Source: Chrysomallon squamiferum
Taxonomy: Eukaryota; Animalia; Mollusca
DNA length: 64,000 nt
Reading direction: 5' to 3'
Assembly (NCBI GenBank): GCA_012295275.1
Contig: CM022672.1
Span: 35,278,001-35,342,000, forward strand
The translations under genes and the position numbers were made by a program. The notes beneath the pieces were generated by a model, which was given only the letters and a program-made list of their open reading frames with translations, was not told the origin of the DNA and made no database searches. Shown here one piece after another: positions 27,716 through 42,396 of the stretch; position 1 is the first letter of the stretch, and each line of letters starts with the position of its first letter.

Positions 27716-28088
27716 CAAAAAAAAAAAAAAATGGTGTCCTAATTAAAATTATTACCTACATCCATGGAAAGAGCATAGCAAAAATACTAAAATGATATCA
27801 TATTTATAGATAACGGCGATTTTTTTTTTATTAAAATCAGGTAATATTTTCCCTTTACCTTCAAGGAAATATTGTGAATCTTACTTCATTAAATTGTAAT
27901 ATCTCCTAAAAAAGCAAGATGATATTTGACTTAGTGTCAAGTTCTAAAAGAAACAGGTCGACTGCGTATGATTAACTAATCTACTCACAGAAAATAAAAA
28001 CAATATGGACGACGAGCGATACAAATGCTTAAAATATAATAATTATAAAACTTTATGAATGGACACCTGCTCTAGAACAAATGTTTGT

Positions 28089-28132
<44 letters not shown>

Positions 28133-28673
28133 TAAAAAATAAATAATAAATACCCATGCAGAAATGCTCCAATGTTATTTTTTAAAAAAGTAATAAATTA
28201 ATAATAATAATAATAAAAAATATCCAATCAAATGGCACGTTTTACGTGACGTAACAGGCAGCCATAATGGTTTGTTTACAACCGACATGGACAAGTCGGA
28301 TGACTCCGACAGCAAATAAACAACGGTGACAGGTGTTAGATTTTGATATTTTTCACACATAAAGTTAAATATCTCGTCTAGATGATTTTTCTTCTTCTTC
28401 TTTTTTTTCTTCTTTCTAACCTGTTATTTTTCAGTGAATGATTATGTGAAGCTATTATTTTGTCGGAAAAGTAAAATTACTTCTAGAACAGCAAAAGAAA
28501 AAATTAAAAAGCGGAGCATGTTGAGATATGTGCGCCAAATTAGTAAAAAGATTTTATTTCGGAAATTTTAAAAACGGACGAACTACAGACTACGCATGTC
28601 AGATGGATAAAAGCGCAAACACGGACATGATGAACTGTTGTAATAGCGAAAATCACGATTTTGTCACGTGCCT

Positions 28674-28731
<58 letters not shown>

Positions 28732-29089
28732 CTTCTAACACAAAGGTTATACTTAAGAACCAGAATACATAAACGGCGTGTAATTAAGAAATACGACAGT
28801 TTATAAACGGATAAAAATCGACCCTTAAAAGGTTGATCTGAATAAGATTAAATTTTTCTTTGGAGATGTTGTATTTTATCAAATTCGAGTGTAAAAGTTA
28901 CTAAAAATTACAACAATAAATAACATAAAACAAAATTAAATTTTAAAATGAACTTCAAAACGTCTAAATGCTTAACAAAAATTTTAAAATGTTAGGTCTC
29001 CTATTGTAAACCAATGTTTTATTTTTGAATAAATTTTATACAATGTAGTCTTCTGTTCAAGATATACTTAGAGGTTTATATATTAATAG

Positions 29090-29345
29090 TAACTTAGTTG
29101 TTTCTATAGCAACGTATCGTTAAACTGACTTAGTTAACTGTTTTATAGCAATATATCACTAAACTGACTTAGTTAACTGTTTCTACAGCAGTATATCACT
29201 AAACTGACTTAATTGTTTCTACAGCAGTATATCACTAAACTGACTTAGCTGTTTTTATAGCAATATATCATTAAACTGACTTAGCTGTTTTTATAGCAAT
29301 ATATCACTAAACTGACTTAGCTGTTTTTATAGCAATATATCGTTA
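29090..29345. repeat. 36-40 bp minisatellite, about 7 copies
   Basis: AAACTGACTTAG(TTAA)CTGTTTTTATAGCAATATATCACT units. Confidence 0.9.
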
Positions 29346-29520
29346 CAGTAAGTTACTAATCGTTACTAATCTGATGAATAAAGAAACGAAAAATATGTAA
29401 TAACAATGAAATTAGTTGTTTGTGTGTTCATAATATACATACATATATATATATATATAGTTATACAGTTATATAATTAGTTATATATAGTTAATATTAA
29501 CAATACTAATCCGATGAATA

Positions 29521-29556
<36 letters not shown>

Positions 29557-30077
29557 TAGAGTAAGGATACTGAACAGATGAATAAAGAAAGGAGAAAGTT
29601 AACAACAATAAACACGAGTTATCTATGTCCTGTCTTTACTCAGGTTAAAATGTTATCAACGGTTCTCCGAAATCTCACTTACACTGAGCCTAAACTGTCT
29701 ACAAACACTCCTCACTGTTCTATCGCGTCCGCCCCACCCAGATACCTGCCAACCCCGCCCTGATACATGCCAAGCCCGCCTATCTCCGCTCGGTTAGTTC
29801 CGCGACCTGCTGTTAAAGAAATCACTTGTTTGAAGAGATGGGCGTAAACAAACGGCAAAAGCTGCAGATAATGATTGTCACTTCAAAGAGGAGTTAATTA
29901 TAGATTAATCTTTCAGCTTGTGTGTGTGTGTGTGTGTGTGTTATTTTTATGTGTTATTACGTTTAGTTCATAACAATAAATCTGTTAATCTGTATTTCAG
30001 TCATGCGTTTTATCCGTCCTATTTTAACCTGAGCATTATAATAACAAACAAAAAAACAACTAATAATAATAATATTC

Positions 30078-30124
<47 letters not shown>

Positions 30125-30297
30125 AATAAATAAATAAACAAATAAATAAATAAATAAATAAACAAATAAATAAATAAACAAACAAACAAATAAATAACAA
30201 TAATAATAACAACAATAACAACAACTAATAATAATAGCAAATCTATTTATAATCTTACGCATTTACAATGTAATATTAGTCTGGCATGTCTGAATAC

Positions 30298-30467
<170 letters not shown>

Positions 30468-30779
30468 CACACACACAGATATAAAAGACATATAGACACA
30501 CTGATAGATGGATGTGGATGTAGACAGAGATTTACACACAGAAGACAAAAGAAGTAAGGAGACGATGAAGAAAGTGTGAGAAAGGCTTTGACCTCACACT
30601 CACGTGTTTCCTTCTCCTGTTCAGCACGTGAGTATTGGCCCCAGGGTAAGGACAAAATTCAACATGTGCGCAAAGACAATGAATAGCTACACTCCACACA
30701 TTCTGATCTACACAGCGTTCAGTCAGATCTGTCTTAATTACATAGTTTCTTTCTGAGGTTTTAGTTCAGTGGATTGGAC

Positions 30780-31131
30780 CTAGTGTAGATTATATTGTAT
30801 TTCAAATTATACAAGATTCATCATTTGATTTAAACAGGCTAGTGTAGATCATATTGTAATTCAAATTATACAAGATTCATCATTTGATTTAAACAGGCTA
30901 GTGTAGATCATATTGTAATTCAAATTATACAAGATTCATCATTTGATTTAAACAGGCTAGTGTAGATTATATTGTATTTCAAATTATACAAGATTCATCA
31001 TTTGATTTAAACAGGCTAGTGTAGATCATATTGTAATTCAAATTATACAAGATTCATCATTTGATTTAAACAGGCTAGTGTAGATTATATTGTATTTCAA
31101 ATTATACAAGATTTATCAGCTGATTTAAACA
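30780..31131. repeat. 59-bp minisatellite, about 6 copies
   Basis: CTAGTGTAGAT(C/T)ATATTGTA(A/T)TTCAAATTATACAAGATTCATCATTTGATTTAAACAGG units. Confidence 0.95.
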
Positions 31132-31242
31132 TGGGTATATCGTAATTCAAAGAATACAATATTAATCTGTTAATTTTTTAAAGTAATATTATATTCAAAA
31201 TTTATCAGTGATTCCAGTAATCAGATATTAATTATAGTATAT

Positions 31243-31281
<39 letters not shown>

Positions 31282-32694
31282 ACAGTAGCAAGAAGAGTAG
31301 TGATAATAATACTAGTTATTGCACTGGTAGTAATACGATCTAGGTGTAGTATAGTATTATTAAGATTTAGTAGTAGTAGCAGTAGTAGTAGTAGTAGTAA
31401 TAATAATAATAATAATAGTTGTAAGATGTAGTGCTAATAGTATTAATAGATACTAGTATAATTAAGATTTAGTACTAATAATAGTAGTAGCAGTATAAGT
31501 GACTGTAGAAAAATGTAGTAATACTAATGACATCAGTAAATACTGCTTGTTTTCGTCATCTTTGCTGTTGTGAAGTAATAGTAAGATTCAGCAACACTAG
31601 TTATAATGTAATAGTTGTTTTGACGTCATAACTGGCGTTATCACTGTTGTTGTTGAAGTATCGTTTGATATCATCACCGTTGAAAATGGCGGTTATTACA
31701 TACGTAATGGCGGGTTATTTGATGGCAAATTATATCGGTAAACAGTTTTACAAATTTAATTAAATACTTCAGAGTGTATTAAGACAGAAAACAAATCTCG
31801 ATAACGGACAAGTAAAATAGAAATATCCGCGTAATCATATCACTTACGTCACAACAGGGGAACCTGCGTTACGCCATTAGCTGTCAGCGGGAACTATTTG
31901 ATGGCGAATTTATATTAACGGAATCGGTGTCATTTGGCTGAATGCGTCTAGCTGCACAAATATCTCGTCTCTTGAAATTTTCATTCGAATGGCGTGGGAA
32001 ATGATACAACTTGGTCAGGAGTTTTACATTTTTCTGTTCTTGTCTCAGATCGGTTGGAAGATTGGGTTAATTACGTAGATGTCGTGTTACTTACCTGAAT
32101 GTCGATATCATCGTGTTAGCAGAATACAGCGTGGGAAACTCGTTTAAAAGTGAAGAGATGTGCATTTTTTTTTACCTTTAATAATCTAAGAAATAAGACT
32201 GATTTTTCAAGTTTAGATTATAAGATGTGTGTGTGTGTGTGTGTGTGTAAACTAATTTTTAGTACTTAATCAAACTGTCGAGTTAAAGGAATAGATACAA
32301 CTGCTGAGTCTAGTTCTATGGTTCGCGGGATCAATTCATCTAATTTCATAACGAAATCGGGCAAGTCCCGAACTGAACAGCAAAATGAAAAATGTAAAAC
32401 AACGTTCATTGCTTGTTGTGTCTTTTTTCTTCTTATACAAATCACATGACTTAGTTATTGAATTGTAAAATCATTAAAATAAAAACTCTTTCACAGATTC
32501 TACTGAATTCTAAAATATTTTAACTCGTAAAAGCGCTGACTAATTTTTATTTTTACTTTTTTATATTAGAATGTACCAATAAAAATAATAACAAAAATAA
32601 TGTGTTTATTATTATTTTTCTTCTTCTTTGTTTTTAGTTGGTAATTTCATAATTGTTTTATTTTAATTAATCAATTTTGTTTTTCCTTTTATAT

Positions 32695-32825
32695 CCCTTC
32701 TAAAAATATATCTCTTCTAAAAACATATCTCTTCTAAAAATATATCTCTTCTAAACACATATCTCTTCTAAAAACATATCTCTTCTAAAAATATATCTCT
32801 TCAAAATATATATCTCTTCACAAAT
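32695..32825. repeat. 17-bp minisatellite, about 7 copies
   Basis: CTCTTCTAAAAA(C/T)ATAT units. Confidence 0.88.
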
Positions 32826-33955
32826 AGATCTCGCTAAAACTGAAAGCAAATATCAGTGATTATTTTAAATGTTCTTGGTGTGGAATACATTAAACTGCAA
32901 CGTGGATTAAAATTTCAAAAAGTTCTCACAGTGGTTTCGTTTCTTACCTGTGCTTTAAAATGATTGTTTTCTGTATGTTTGACATTTTACTGATAGAAAA
33001 AACACATCGGAAAATTTATTATTATTAGTAGTAGTAGTAATAGTAGATGTACTAGTAGTAGTGCTATTGCCGTTGTTATTATTATTTAATTGTTAATATT
33101 ATTTCATCCATTATTAACAGATTTGTTAATCTAATAGAAATTAAAAAATAAAATAAAATAAGAAGAATATGTGAAAGTAAAACTTTTAAGAATTTTGTGT
33201 TTTGGGTTTTACATATTGTTAATTATTGTTTGTCCAATATTGATACTGATCTATGTTAATTTTTTAGAATCAGTTACAAACAAATCCTTTAGGTGAATAT
33301 CATTAATGAAATAAAATTTGTAAAATCAAAATAAATAATTTAATTCGTAAAATGCAAGTAAGCAAACTATAATATTTCTTTATTTTCCGAAAACAAATAA
33401 TAACAATACAATATTCTAAACGCATTCTATTTGCACACAGTAAAAACGATTTCTCGACACATTCAGTGTTGTACAACTACGACGTTGGCTCTTTGGACCA
33501 AATTAATGTTTAAGTGTAAAAATACACACACAAGCTTAATCGTTTAGTACTTGGCGACTTTTCAACTTGAGAAATGGTCTACACAGACTAAATGAAAGTA
33601 CAAACAAAGCCGTTTGGAATATATTGTCCACAAAACTGCACGTACGTTCCTTTCTGACACCAAATAGTTGCTGTGTTTGCCAGCTCGCGACACGTGCTCC
33701 ACTTGAAAGGTCACGTGCAGGTCAACTCAGCCAGCTGATAGTCGGCCGGTAGTTAATACTGTTTCCGGTAGCCGGACCAACTTCCTGTTAATAATTACTA
33801 CGCGACGTTGTGTAAGAAACCGCGAGGCAACGTCCCCGTCGAGGCTGTTTTCTTCCTTCGTTCTTCTGTCTTCTTCTTTCATTCTTCTGTCTTCTTCTAA
33901 GTATTATTTGTGGTTTAGCTGTTTTTTCCTAATTCTTTTTCTCTATTAGTGGTAC

Positions 33956-34013
<58 letters not shown>

Positions 34014-34023
34014 ATAATAATAA

Positions 34024-34067
<44 letters not shown>

Positions 34068-34869
34068 TTATTATTATTGTTGTTATTATTATTATCATCA
34101 TCATTATCATCATTATTATTATTTATTTATTCATTTAACTTTTTATTTTATTTTTATTTATTTATTTATTTGTTTGTTGTTTTTGTTGTTTCACCAAAAA
34201 AAAAAAAAAAAAGCATTTATTATAATCTGTTATCTAGTAAGGCAGGACTCACATATGCATTCACTGCACAACACAATACACGTACATACTGACAAACTGA
34301 CACACATATGCACACACAAGTCTAGTTTTTCAGTATCACTGTAATTCAGTCCACATTACAAATGCACATCCACAATTTACATCTCCTATGATGCGATGAA
34401 ACAGGAAAGCAGACAAACCGGAAGTAGAAAACAGAGAAATTAGGTCAGCTATACCAGAACGAGACATCTCTTAATAAACACACTGATCACAATTCACACG
34501 CCAGTTTAAATACGTCTTTTGTATGGGATAATATTAACTCTGTGTCCTATGCATTTAGACGTATGAAAATTATATTATTTAAAATAACTAATTACACTGT
34601 ATGTACAGTTTCATAATTTGTCAATGAATAATCAATTACGACAGTCCTAATAAAAGTACTAATAAAATAATTGTTTTATTTAGACAGTAGAATTGTAGTT
34701 GTAGAAATTTAGTAGTGGTTGTGGTTGGTGTTGTAATTGTTGCGACAGTAGTAGTTGTTTGTAATGTTGTTGTGGATAAAAGAAATATAAATATTAATGG
34801 TACTAATAGTAATAGTTGTTATTTTGTTTATTGTAGTATACAGTAGTTGTGAATTTATTATTATTGTTG

Positions 34870-34936
<67 letters not shown>

Positions 34937-36231
34937 TTTTACTTTTTATTATTTATTTGTTTATTTTTTATTTTGTTTCTTTATTATTTTTTTATTTTTT
35001 ATTTTATTTTTTATTATTTATTTTTCTATTTATATTTTATTTTATTTATTTTTTTATTAATATTTATTTTTTTATTTTATTTATTTATTTATTTTATTTT
35101 ATTTTATTTATTTATTTATTTCTTTTATTTTATTTTATTTATTTTACTATTTTAATTTCTTTTCTTTCTACGTCACGTCTATTTCGGCCGCGGATAGGCG
35201 CAGTTTAATAGTCTCGATAATGAATAATAAAACGAGAGCAAGAAATGCAAGTAGAAATGAGATTTCTCCCCCCACGTGTTTTGATTTGTACAATTCGCAG
35301 ACTGCGGCACAGGGTCAGTCAAAACGTAAACTGTTTGGCGAGCGAGCAGACGAACTGGCGGTGTGCACGAGACACTTTCCCGCCAGCTATCTGTCTCGCG
35401 CGTCTGTTTTATTTTACTGGGTGTAGCCTCAGGTAGACAGCTCTGGCAGTCATCACTGGAAACAACAAACACTTTGAAAACCAGTCACACAATCAGTTAT
35501 TATTCTTACTACTTCACTACCATCAGCACTGCAACAACTACTACAGCACTGCAACAACTACTACCATCACCACTGCAACAACAACTACTATCAGTACTAC
35601 AACAACTACTACAGCACTGCAACAACTACTACCATCAGCACTACAACAACTACTACCATCACCACTGCAACAACTGCTACTATCAGTACTATAACAATTA
35701 CTACTACTGCTATCAGCACTGCAACAACTACTATTAGCCCTACAACAAATACTACTATTAGCACAACAACAGCAACTACTACTACTACTACTACAACTAC
35801 TACTTCTTCTATAGTTAATTGTCAGTTACTATAATTGCTACCACCTTGAAATACTCAGTTATTATTACTACTACAAATACTACTACTGTTACAACAACAA
35901 CTACTACAATATTAGCCCTACATTTGTATTTCTACATAAAACGACATTAAACAATTATTTATTAGCGTTACTACTACTCCAACAATATTTACAATACAGT
36001 TACTATAATTACTGCAACAGCCACTACTGCTACAAACAACCCTATTAGCACTGTAACAACTACTACTTCTATTAGCACAACTACAACAACAACCACTGCT
36101 GTTGTTAGTTACTTGCTATTACTGGTGCTGATGGGAATGATAGCAGTGCTAATAACAGAAATATAATAACAGGGTCTGTAAGTGGAAAAGGAGAGAACAA
36201 ATAAAATGAATTATAATAAATAAATTAATTA

Positions 36232-36266
<35 letters not shown>

Positions 36267-36723
36267 GAACAACAACAACAACAACAACAGCAACAGCAAC
36301 AGCAACAATAATAAAATTCTTAAAACTGAATGATACAATATTAATTAATTTGAAATATTTCTTTCACCAATAATGTTTTAGCACGCCAGAGGAGCCATGC
36401 TGGTGACGTCACACCTCTCTAATTAGCTACGAGCCTCGTTTGGGGATCGATCGTATCGCCTATCAGTTTTAACAAGTGTCAAACTGTTACATCAGTGCGT
36501 GCTTTATCGCTGCCAACAATGGCATCAATTAGAGAGAGATGAAGAAAGTGATAAGATGACAGCCTGTACTAAATGACTGAATCATTAACTTGTTTATTTA
36601 TGTTTACTAGAATTACAGGAAAGTAAGGCGATACACTAGACGTCATGCGCAGTTGAACGTCACTGAAGCTTCAAGTCTACAGCGTAGTTAAATATAAACC
36701 ACAGAGTAAATATTGTCGCGAAC

Positions 36724-36762
<39 letters not shown>

Positions 36763-36868
36763 TTTTAAAATGTAGCTGACTTTTGATAAGCATTATCACA
36801 AACAGAACACAGCTTGAGCTGTTTCATAAAATTTTGTTTCTGTTTTACCGAACTCTTATATTTTATTA

Positions 36869-36935
<67 letters not shown>

Positions 36936-37228
36936 ATTTTTTTTAAGTATTAGATAAACTGTCTTTGCCGATCTTGTGAAATACATTTACGAACAAAGTA
37001 TTACTAACAAACATGCCCCCCACACACACACACACGGACGCACACGCACACACGCACACGCACACACACACACACACACACACACTATGCATGGTATATA
37101 CACAAGATTATGATAAATGTGTATATATAAAATGTACAAAAATATGTAAAGTTATAAAATAATAATAATAATAATTAACGGTTTCTTTTGTTAACTTTTC
37201 CCATAATTCTTTTAATTTTATTTTTTGT

Positions 37229-37271
<43 letters not shown>

Positions 37272-37559
37272 TTTTATTATTTTTTAGTAATTATTTTATT
37301 ATTTTGTTTATTTTATTTTTATTATTATTTTTTTTTTATTAATTTTTTGTCATTGCCATTGTTGTTCTTATTATAACTAAAATATTTTTACAAGATAAAT
37401 ATAATTAATACATTCATATTTTGCGTTATCGTTAAAAAAAAATATATTTTAAAACAATGATGCCATATATATTTTCAATTATTAAAAATCATTTGCTTCA
37501 ATGTAATTCAGTATAATATGACACCAAACTTGTTAACCATCGAAAAAAAATAATCTGTT

Positions 37560-37612
37560 GTTCACTGAAACATTCATAAATTTATTTAAACCTTTATACC
37601 ATCTATATTAAC

Positions 37613-37648
<36 letters not shown>

Positions 37649-38267
37649 GTAGTAGTAGTAGTAGTAGTAGTAGTATATTTGAAATATTAAAAAAAGATAA
37701 AAAGAAAAAAAAATGGGGAAAAAAGTCGATAAACAATAAGAGAAAAACATTTAATTTCAAAAATTACATTTGTTTTCGTGTCGAGGATAATTATAATTCT
37801 GAAATAATTTTAAGAAAATAATAATTACATCACGCATGACTTGTTACCACTGAAGCGTAACATTTTGTATCTCCGTGTTCACACACACACAGCACGAGCG
37901 CACATGTCTGTTCTCGTTCAATTAAACGAAGAGCGCATGCGTGGGTATTACACACATTTAGAAAATGTTTGAGATTTCCGAAAGGTAACTAAATGTTCTG
38001 CTCGCCCGGCGAAACGAAACGGAAAATAAAGATTGCACTCAGTGTCTGTCACGTGATACGTGCAGAGCTGTATCACGTGTCCTGCCCTCCTCCAGTCCGA
38101 GCATAAATTGAGTCCGTCTGTCACGCTCACGCTGAGTTACCTGAGCTGTGTCAATTTTGAGTCTCACGTTTCCTACAACGTTTTATCGCCGACTTCTAAA
38201 TGCGTCGTCACAGTCTCCGCGGGTCAGTGGACGGTCTCCCCCAGCCCAGCCCCGGGGGGTGACCCGG
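37560..38267 (-). other. Probable 3' UTR of NK4
   Basis: CpG-rich unique sequence follows the stop codon; candidate AATAAA on the minus strand at 37586-37581. The 3' end is a guess. Confidence 0.4.
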
Positions 38268-38845
38268 CTACCAGGACCTGATGCCCTGGTGGATGGGCTG
38301 CTGAACGTAGCTCTGCTGCTGAATCTGGTTCACCTGAGTCATGTGGTTCGAGTTGTACGCAGGTCCCGAGTACGCGAACGGGTTGACGTTGTACGGGGCG
38401 GAGTAGGGCGGGTTCATGTTCTGTCCCATGCACGGCTTGCCGTCGCGCACGAGCACGGGCACCGCCACGCGCCTCGGCGGCTGCAAGGCCGATAACTCTA
38501 AACTCTTGTCCTGTCTCTGGCGCTTGCACTTGTAACGTCGGTTCTGAAACCAGATTTTCACCTGCGTGGAGGTGAGTTTCAGCATGTTCGCGAGCTGTTC
38601 TCGCTCGGGCGCCGACAGGTAGCGCTGCTGTTTGAATCGGCGCTCGAGCTCGTACACCTGCGCCTGCGAGAACAGCACGCGCGGTTTTCGCTTCTGTCGC
38701 TGTTTGAGTAGCTGACACTCGCTCGAACTCTCAGAGCTCGTAGACGACGTCTTCGTTTTCTCCATTTCGTTCGACGTCGGCGTCGTGTTGATGTCGTTAC
38801 TGCTGAGCGTGTTCATTTCTAGCTGCTGGTGTGAAATCACTGGCT
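38268..38845 (-). CDS. NKX2-5: NK4/Nkx2-5 (tinman-class) homeobox gene, coding exon 2
   Basis: Acceptor TTTATTTTCAG|AG at 38846/38845, phase 1, matching exon 1. Homeodomain [60 protein letters not shown] with NK2-diagnostic Tyr54, then QDKSLEL, NK2-[19 protein letters not shown], Tyr-rich [19 protein letters not shown] and terminal GIRSW (cf. GIRAW). TAG at 38270-38268. Confidence 0.96.
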
Positions 38846-38909
38846 CTGAAAATAAAGTTCTAATATTAGTCTAAATAATAATAACAACAACAACAACAAC
38901 AATAATAAC

Positions 38910-38940
<31 letters not shown>

Positions 38941-39795
38941 CATAAACATAATATTAACAGTAATAATAATAATAATAGTAATAATAATAGTAATAATAAT
39001 AATAATAATAGTAATAATAATAGGAATAATAATAGTAATAACAACTGCAGCAGCAGCAACAACAACAACAGCAACAATAATAAAATAATAAGTATATAAA
39101 TATATAATTATATAAATAAATAAATAAAAATATTCGAACAAAATTATGTATTTGTCATAATACATTTTAAATAAAATCCACTTTAGTCTAAATAATAATC
39201 ATAATGATGATGATGAATGATAATAATAATAATAATTAATAAATGAATAAAAATGCTTGAACACAATTATGTATTAACAATAATATATGTTGGATAATTT
39301 TAAAATTAAAAACGTACAGTTAAGGAAAATAAGCAAAGAATATATAATAATATAACATTATATTATGTTGCATTACATTACAGTGTGTTTTATTGTACTG
39401 TATTGTATTGTATTGTATTATATTATATTATATTATATTATATTATATTATATTATATTATATTATATTATATTATATTATATTATATTATATTATATAT
39501 TAGTCTTTGTTTGTGAAATAATTATAATAAATATAAAACTCTTGTGCTATATAAAAAAAAAAAAAAAAAAATAAAAAACTTATGATACTCATAATCCAAC
39601 CGACTAAAATACTCTTATATATATATATATATATCTGTATGTTTCTCTTTTATTTTGTTTAATACTATTATTATTATTTTGTTTTATTGTTGTTTATTTT
39701 ATTTTATTTCTTGAATTATTCACGGTAAACCAAAGAGACAGAAACTGAGACTTCTTGTTACTGCGTGAAAGAAGAAACCAACTGACGCTGGTTAA

Positions 39796-40882
39796 TCATA
39801 GCAACACGGAAACCTTTATAAGAGTTTTCACAAGAACAAATAAAACTGTTTATCATAGCAATACGTAAACCTTTATAAGAGTTTTCACAAGAACAAATAA
39901 AACTGTTTATCATAGCAACACGTAAACCTTTATAAGAGTTTTCACAAGAACAAATAAAACTGTTTATCATAGCAACACGTAAACCTTTATAAGAGTTTTC
40001 ACAAGAACAAATAAATCTGTTTTTCATAGTAACACGGAAACCTTTATAAGAGTTTTCACAAGAACAAATAAAAAAGTTTATCATAGCAACACGGAAACCT
40101 TTATAAGAGTTTTCACAAGAACAAATAAAACTGTTTATCATAGCAACACGGAAACCTTTATAAGAGTTTTCACAAGAACAAATAAAACTGTTTTTCATAG
40201 CAACACAGAAATCTTTCTAAGAGTTTTCACAAGAACAAATGAAACTGTTTTTCATAGCAACACGGAAACCTTTATAAGAGTTTTCACAAGAACAAATAAA
40301 AAAGTTTATCATAGCAACACGGAAACCTTTATAAGAGTTTTCACAAGAACAAATAAAACTGTTTATCATAGCAACACGTAAACCTTTCTCTGAGTTTTCA
40401 CAAGAACAAATAAAACTGTTTATCATAGCAACACGTAAACCTTTATAAGAGTTTTCACAAGAACAAATAAAACTGTTTATCATAGCAACACGGAAACCTT
40501 TATAAGAGTTTTCACAAGAACAAATAAAACTGTTTTTCATAGCAACACAGAAATCTTTCTAAGAGTTTTCACAAGAACAAATGAAACTGTTTTTCATAGC
40601 AACACGGAAACCTTTATAAGAGTTTTCACAAGAACAAATAAAAAAGTTTATCATAGCAACACGGAAACCTTTATAAGAGTTTTCACAAGAACAAATAAAA
40701 CTGTTTATCATAGCAACACGTAAACCTTTACTCTGAGTTTTCACAAGAACAAATAAAACTGTTTATCATAGCAACACGGAAACCTTTATAAGAGTTTTCA
40801 CAAGAACAAATAAAACTGTTTATCATAGCAACACGTAAACCTTTATAAGAGTTTTCACAAGAACAAATAAAACTGTTTTTCA
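39796..40882. repeat. 57-bp minisatellite, about 19 copies, intronic
   Basis: TCATAGCAACACG(G/T)AAACCTTTATAAGAGTTTTCACAAGAACAAATAAAACTGTTTA units. Confidence 0.97.
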
Positions 40883-41585
40883 GACTGTTGTGTGTTTAAT
40901 ACACGTTAAACCTGTAACGTTTAAGACGTGATGTGTGTTAATACTGTAAAGTTTATAAAATTCAGATAACGCTTTTAGAATCCATTTTGAATACGTTTTA
41001 GAAAGAAATAAAATAGGTTAAAATGAAATAAATAAATAAATAATATAAAATAAATCCATTAATAAATAAATGAATGAATGAATGAATAAATAAATAAATA
41101 AATCCATAAACAAATCAATAAATTAATAAAATAAAATAAAATTAAATATAAATTAAAATAAATTAAATAATAAAAATGCTGAGAATGTTAAGATTACGAC
41201 AACATTTTTAACAAGAAATAAACTTAAAATATTTGAAAATATTGAAGAAAAAAAATCCTCGCAGGTTCAAATGTAATAAAAGCACGGGTCAGTTTTCAGA
41301 CAGGTATTTTAAAAGGTTATGATACATCAATCGATTACAAAGTCACGTTTATAAGTCAAACTGGCCAAGACATCAAGTCTGAAGATCTCTGTCTACAAAG
41401 TCAAGGGACTAAAGAGAGTGCTAAAACAATCAGTTGCTAGGTGTGTAAACAGGCAGATGACGTATGTATCCCATCAATCCTCACTCGACACCAACAAGTC
41501 TGAAGTCAAACACGAGACAACATTGGTACCCTGTACACTTCCCCACCCAGCCACTCCCAGATTGATTCATACAGTTTTATCAGAT

Positions 41586-42190
41586 CACTACCTTCCATAG
41601 ATTAGTAATATTATATTAGTAAGAAAGATAGAAATAACTACACTAGCTTCGATAGATTAGTAATATTATATTAGTAAGAAAGATAGAAATAACTACACTA
41701 CCTTCCATAGATTAGTAATATTAGTTCAGTAAGAAAGATAGAAATAACTACACTACCTTCCATAGATTAGTAATATTGGTTCAGTAAGAAAGATAGAGAT
41801 AACTACACTACCTTCCATAGATTAGTAATATTAGTTCAGTAAGAAAGATAGAAATAACTACACTAGCTTCGATAGTTTACTAATATTAGTTTAGTAAGAA
41901 AGATAGAAATAACTACACTAGCTTCGATAGATTAGTAATATTAGTTCAGTAAGAAAGATAGAAATAACTACACTAGCTTCCATAGATTAGTAATATTAGT
42001 TCAGTAAGAAAGATAGAAATAACTACACTAGCTTCGATAGTTTAGTAATATTAGTTTAGTAAGAAAGATAGAAATAACTACACTAGCTTCGATAGATTAG
42101 TAATATTGGCTCAGTAAGAAAGATAGAAATAACTACACTAGCTTCGATAGATTAGTAATATTATATTAGTAAGAAAGATAGAGATAATTA
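41586..42190. repeat. 55-bp minisatellite, about 11 copies, intronic
   Basis: CACTA(G/C)CTTC(G/C)ATAGATTAGTAATATTAGTTCAGTAAGAAAGATAGAAATAACTA units. Confidence 0.96.
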
Positions 42191-42351
42191 GAGGTGTAGG
42201 AAATCACAAGATAATCACTACTCTTTAACTACTGAGATAAAATAAATAAAATCTTTTGAATAAAAAGAAAAACTTCGAGATCTCGCGATAAACGCTACTT
42301 GTTGGTTTAAGATTTATTAAATGGTTAATAATATAAGTTAAGGAATGGTGG

Positions 42352-42396
<45 letters not shown>

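Noticed and set aside
38060-38718. Overlapping and antisense ORFs over exon 2 (likewise 54589-55134 over exon 1)
   Set aside because: Shadow frames of GC-rich coding sequence with no recognisable motifs.
39758-40744. ORFs of repeating MINSFICSCENSYKGFRVA
   Set aside because: By-product of a 57-bp (3x19) tandem unit; interrupted by stops and lacking splice or start context.
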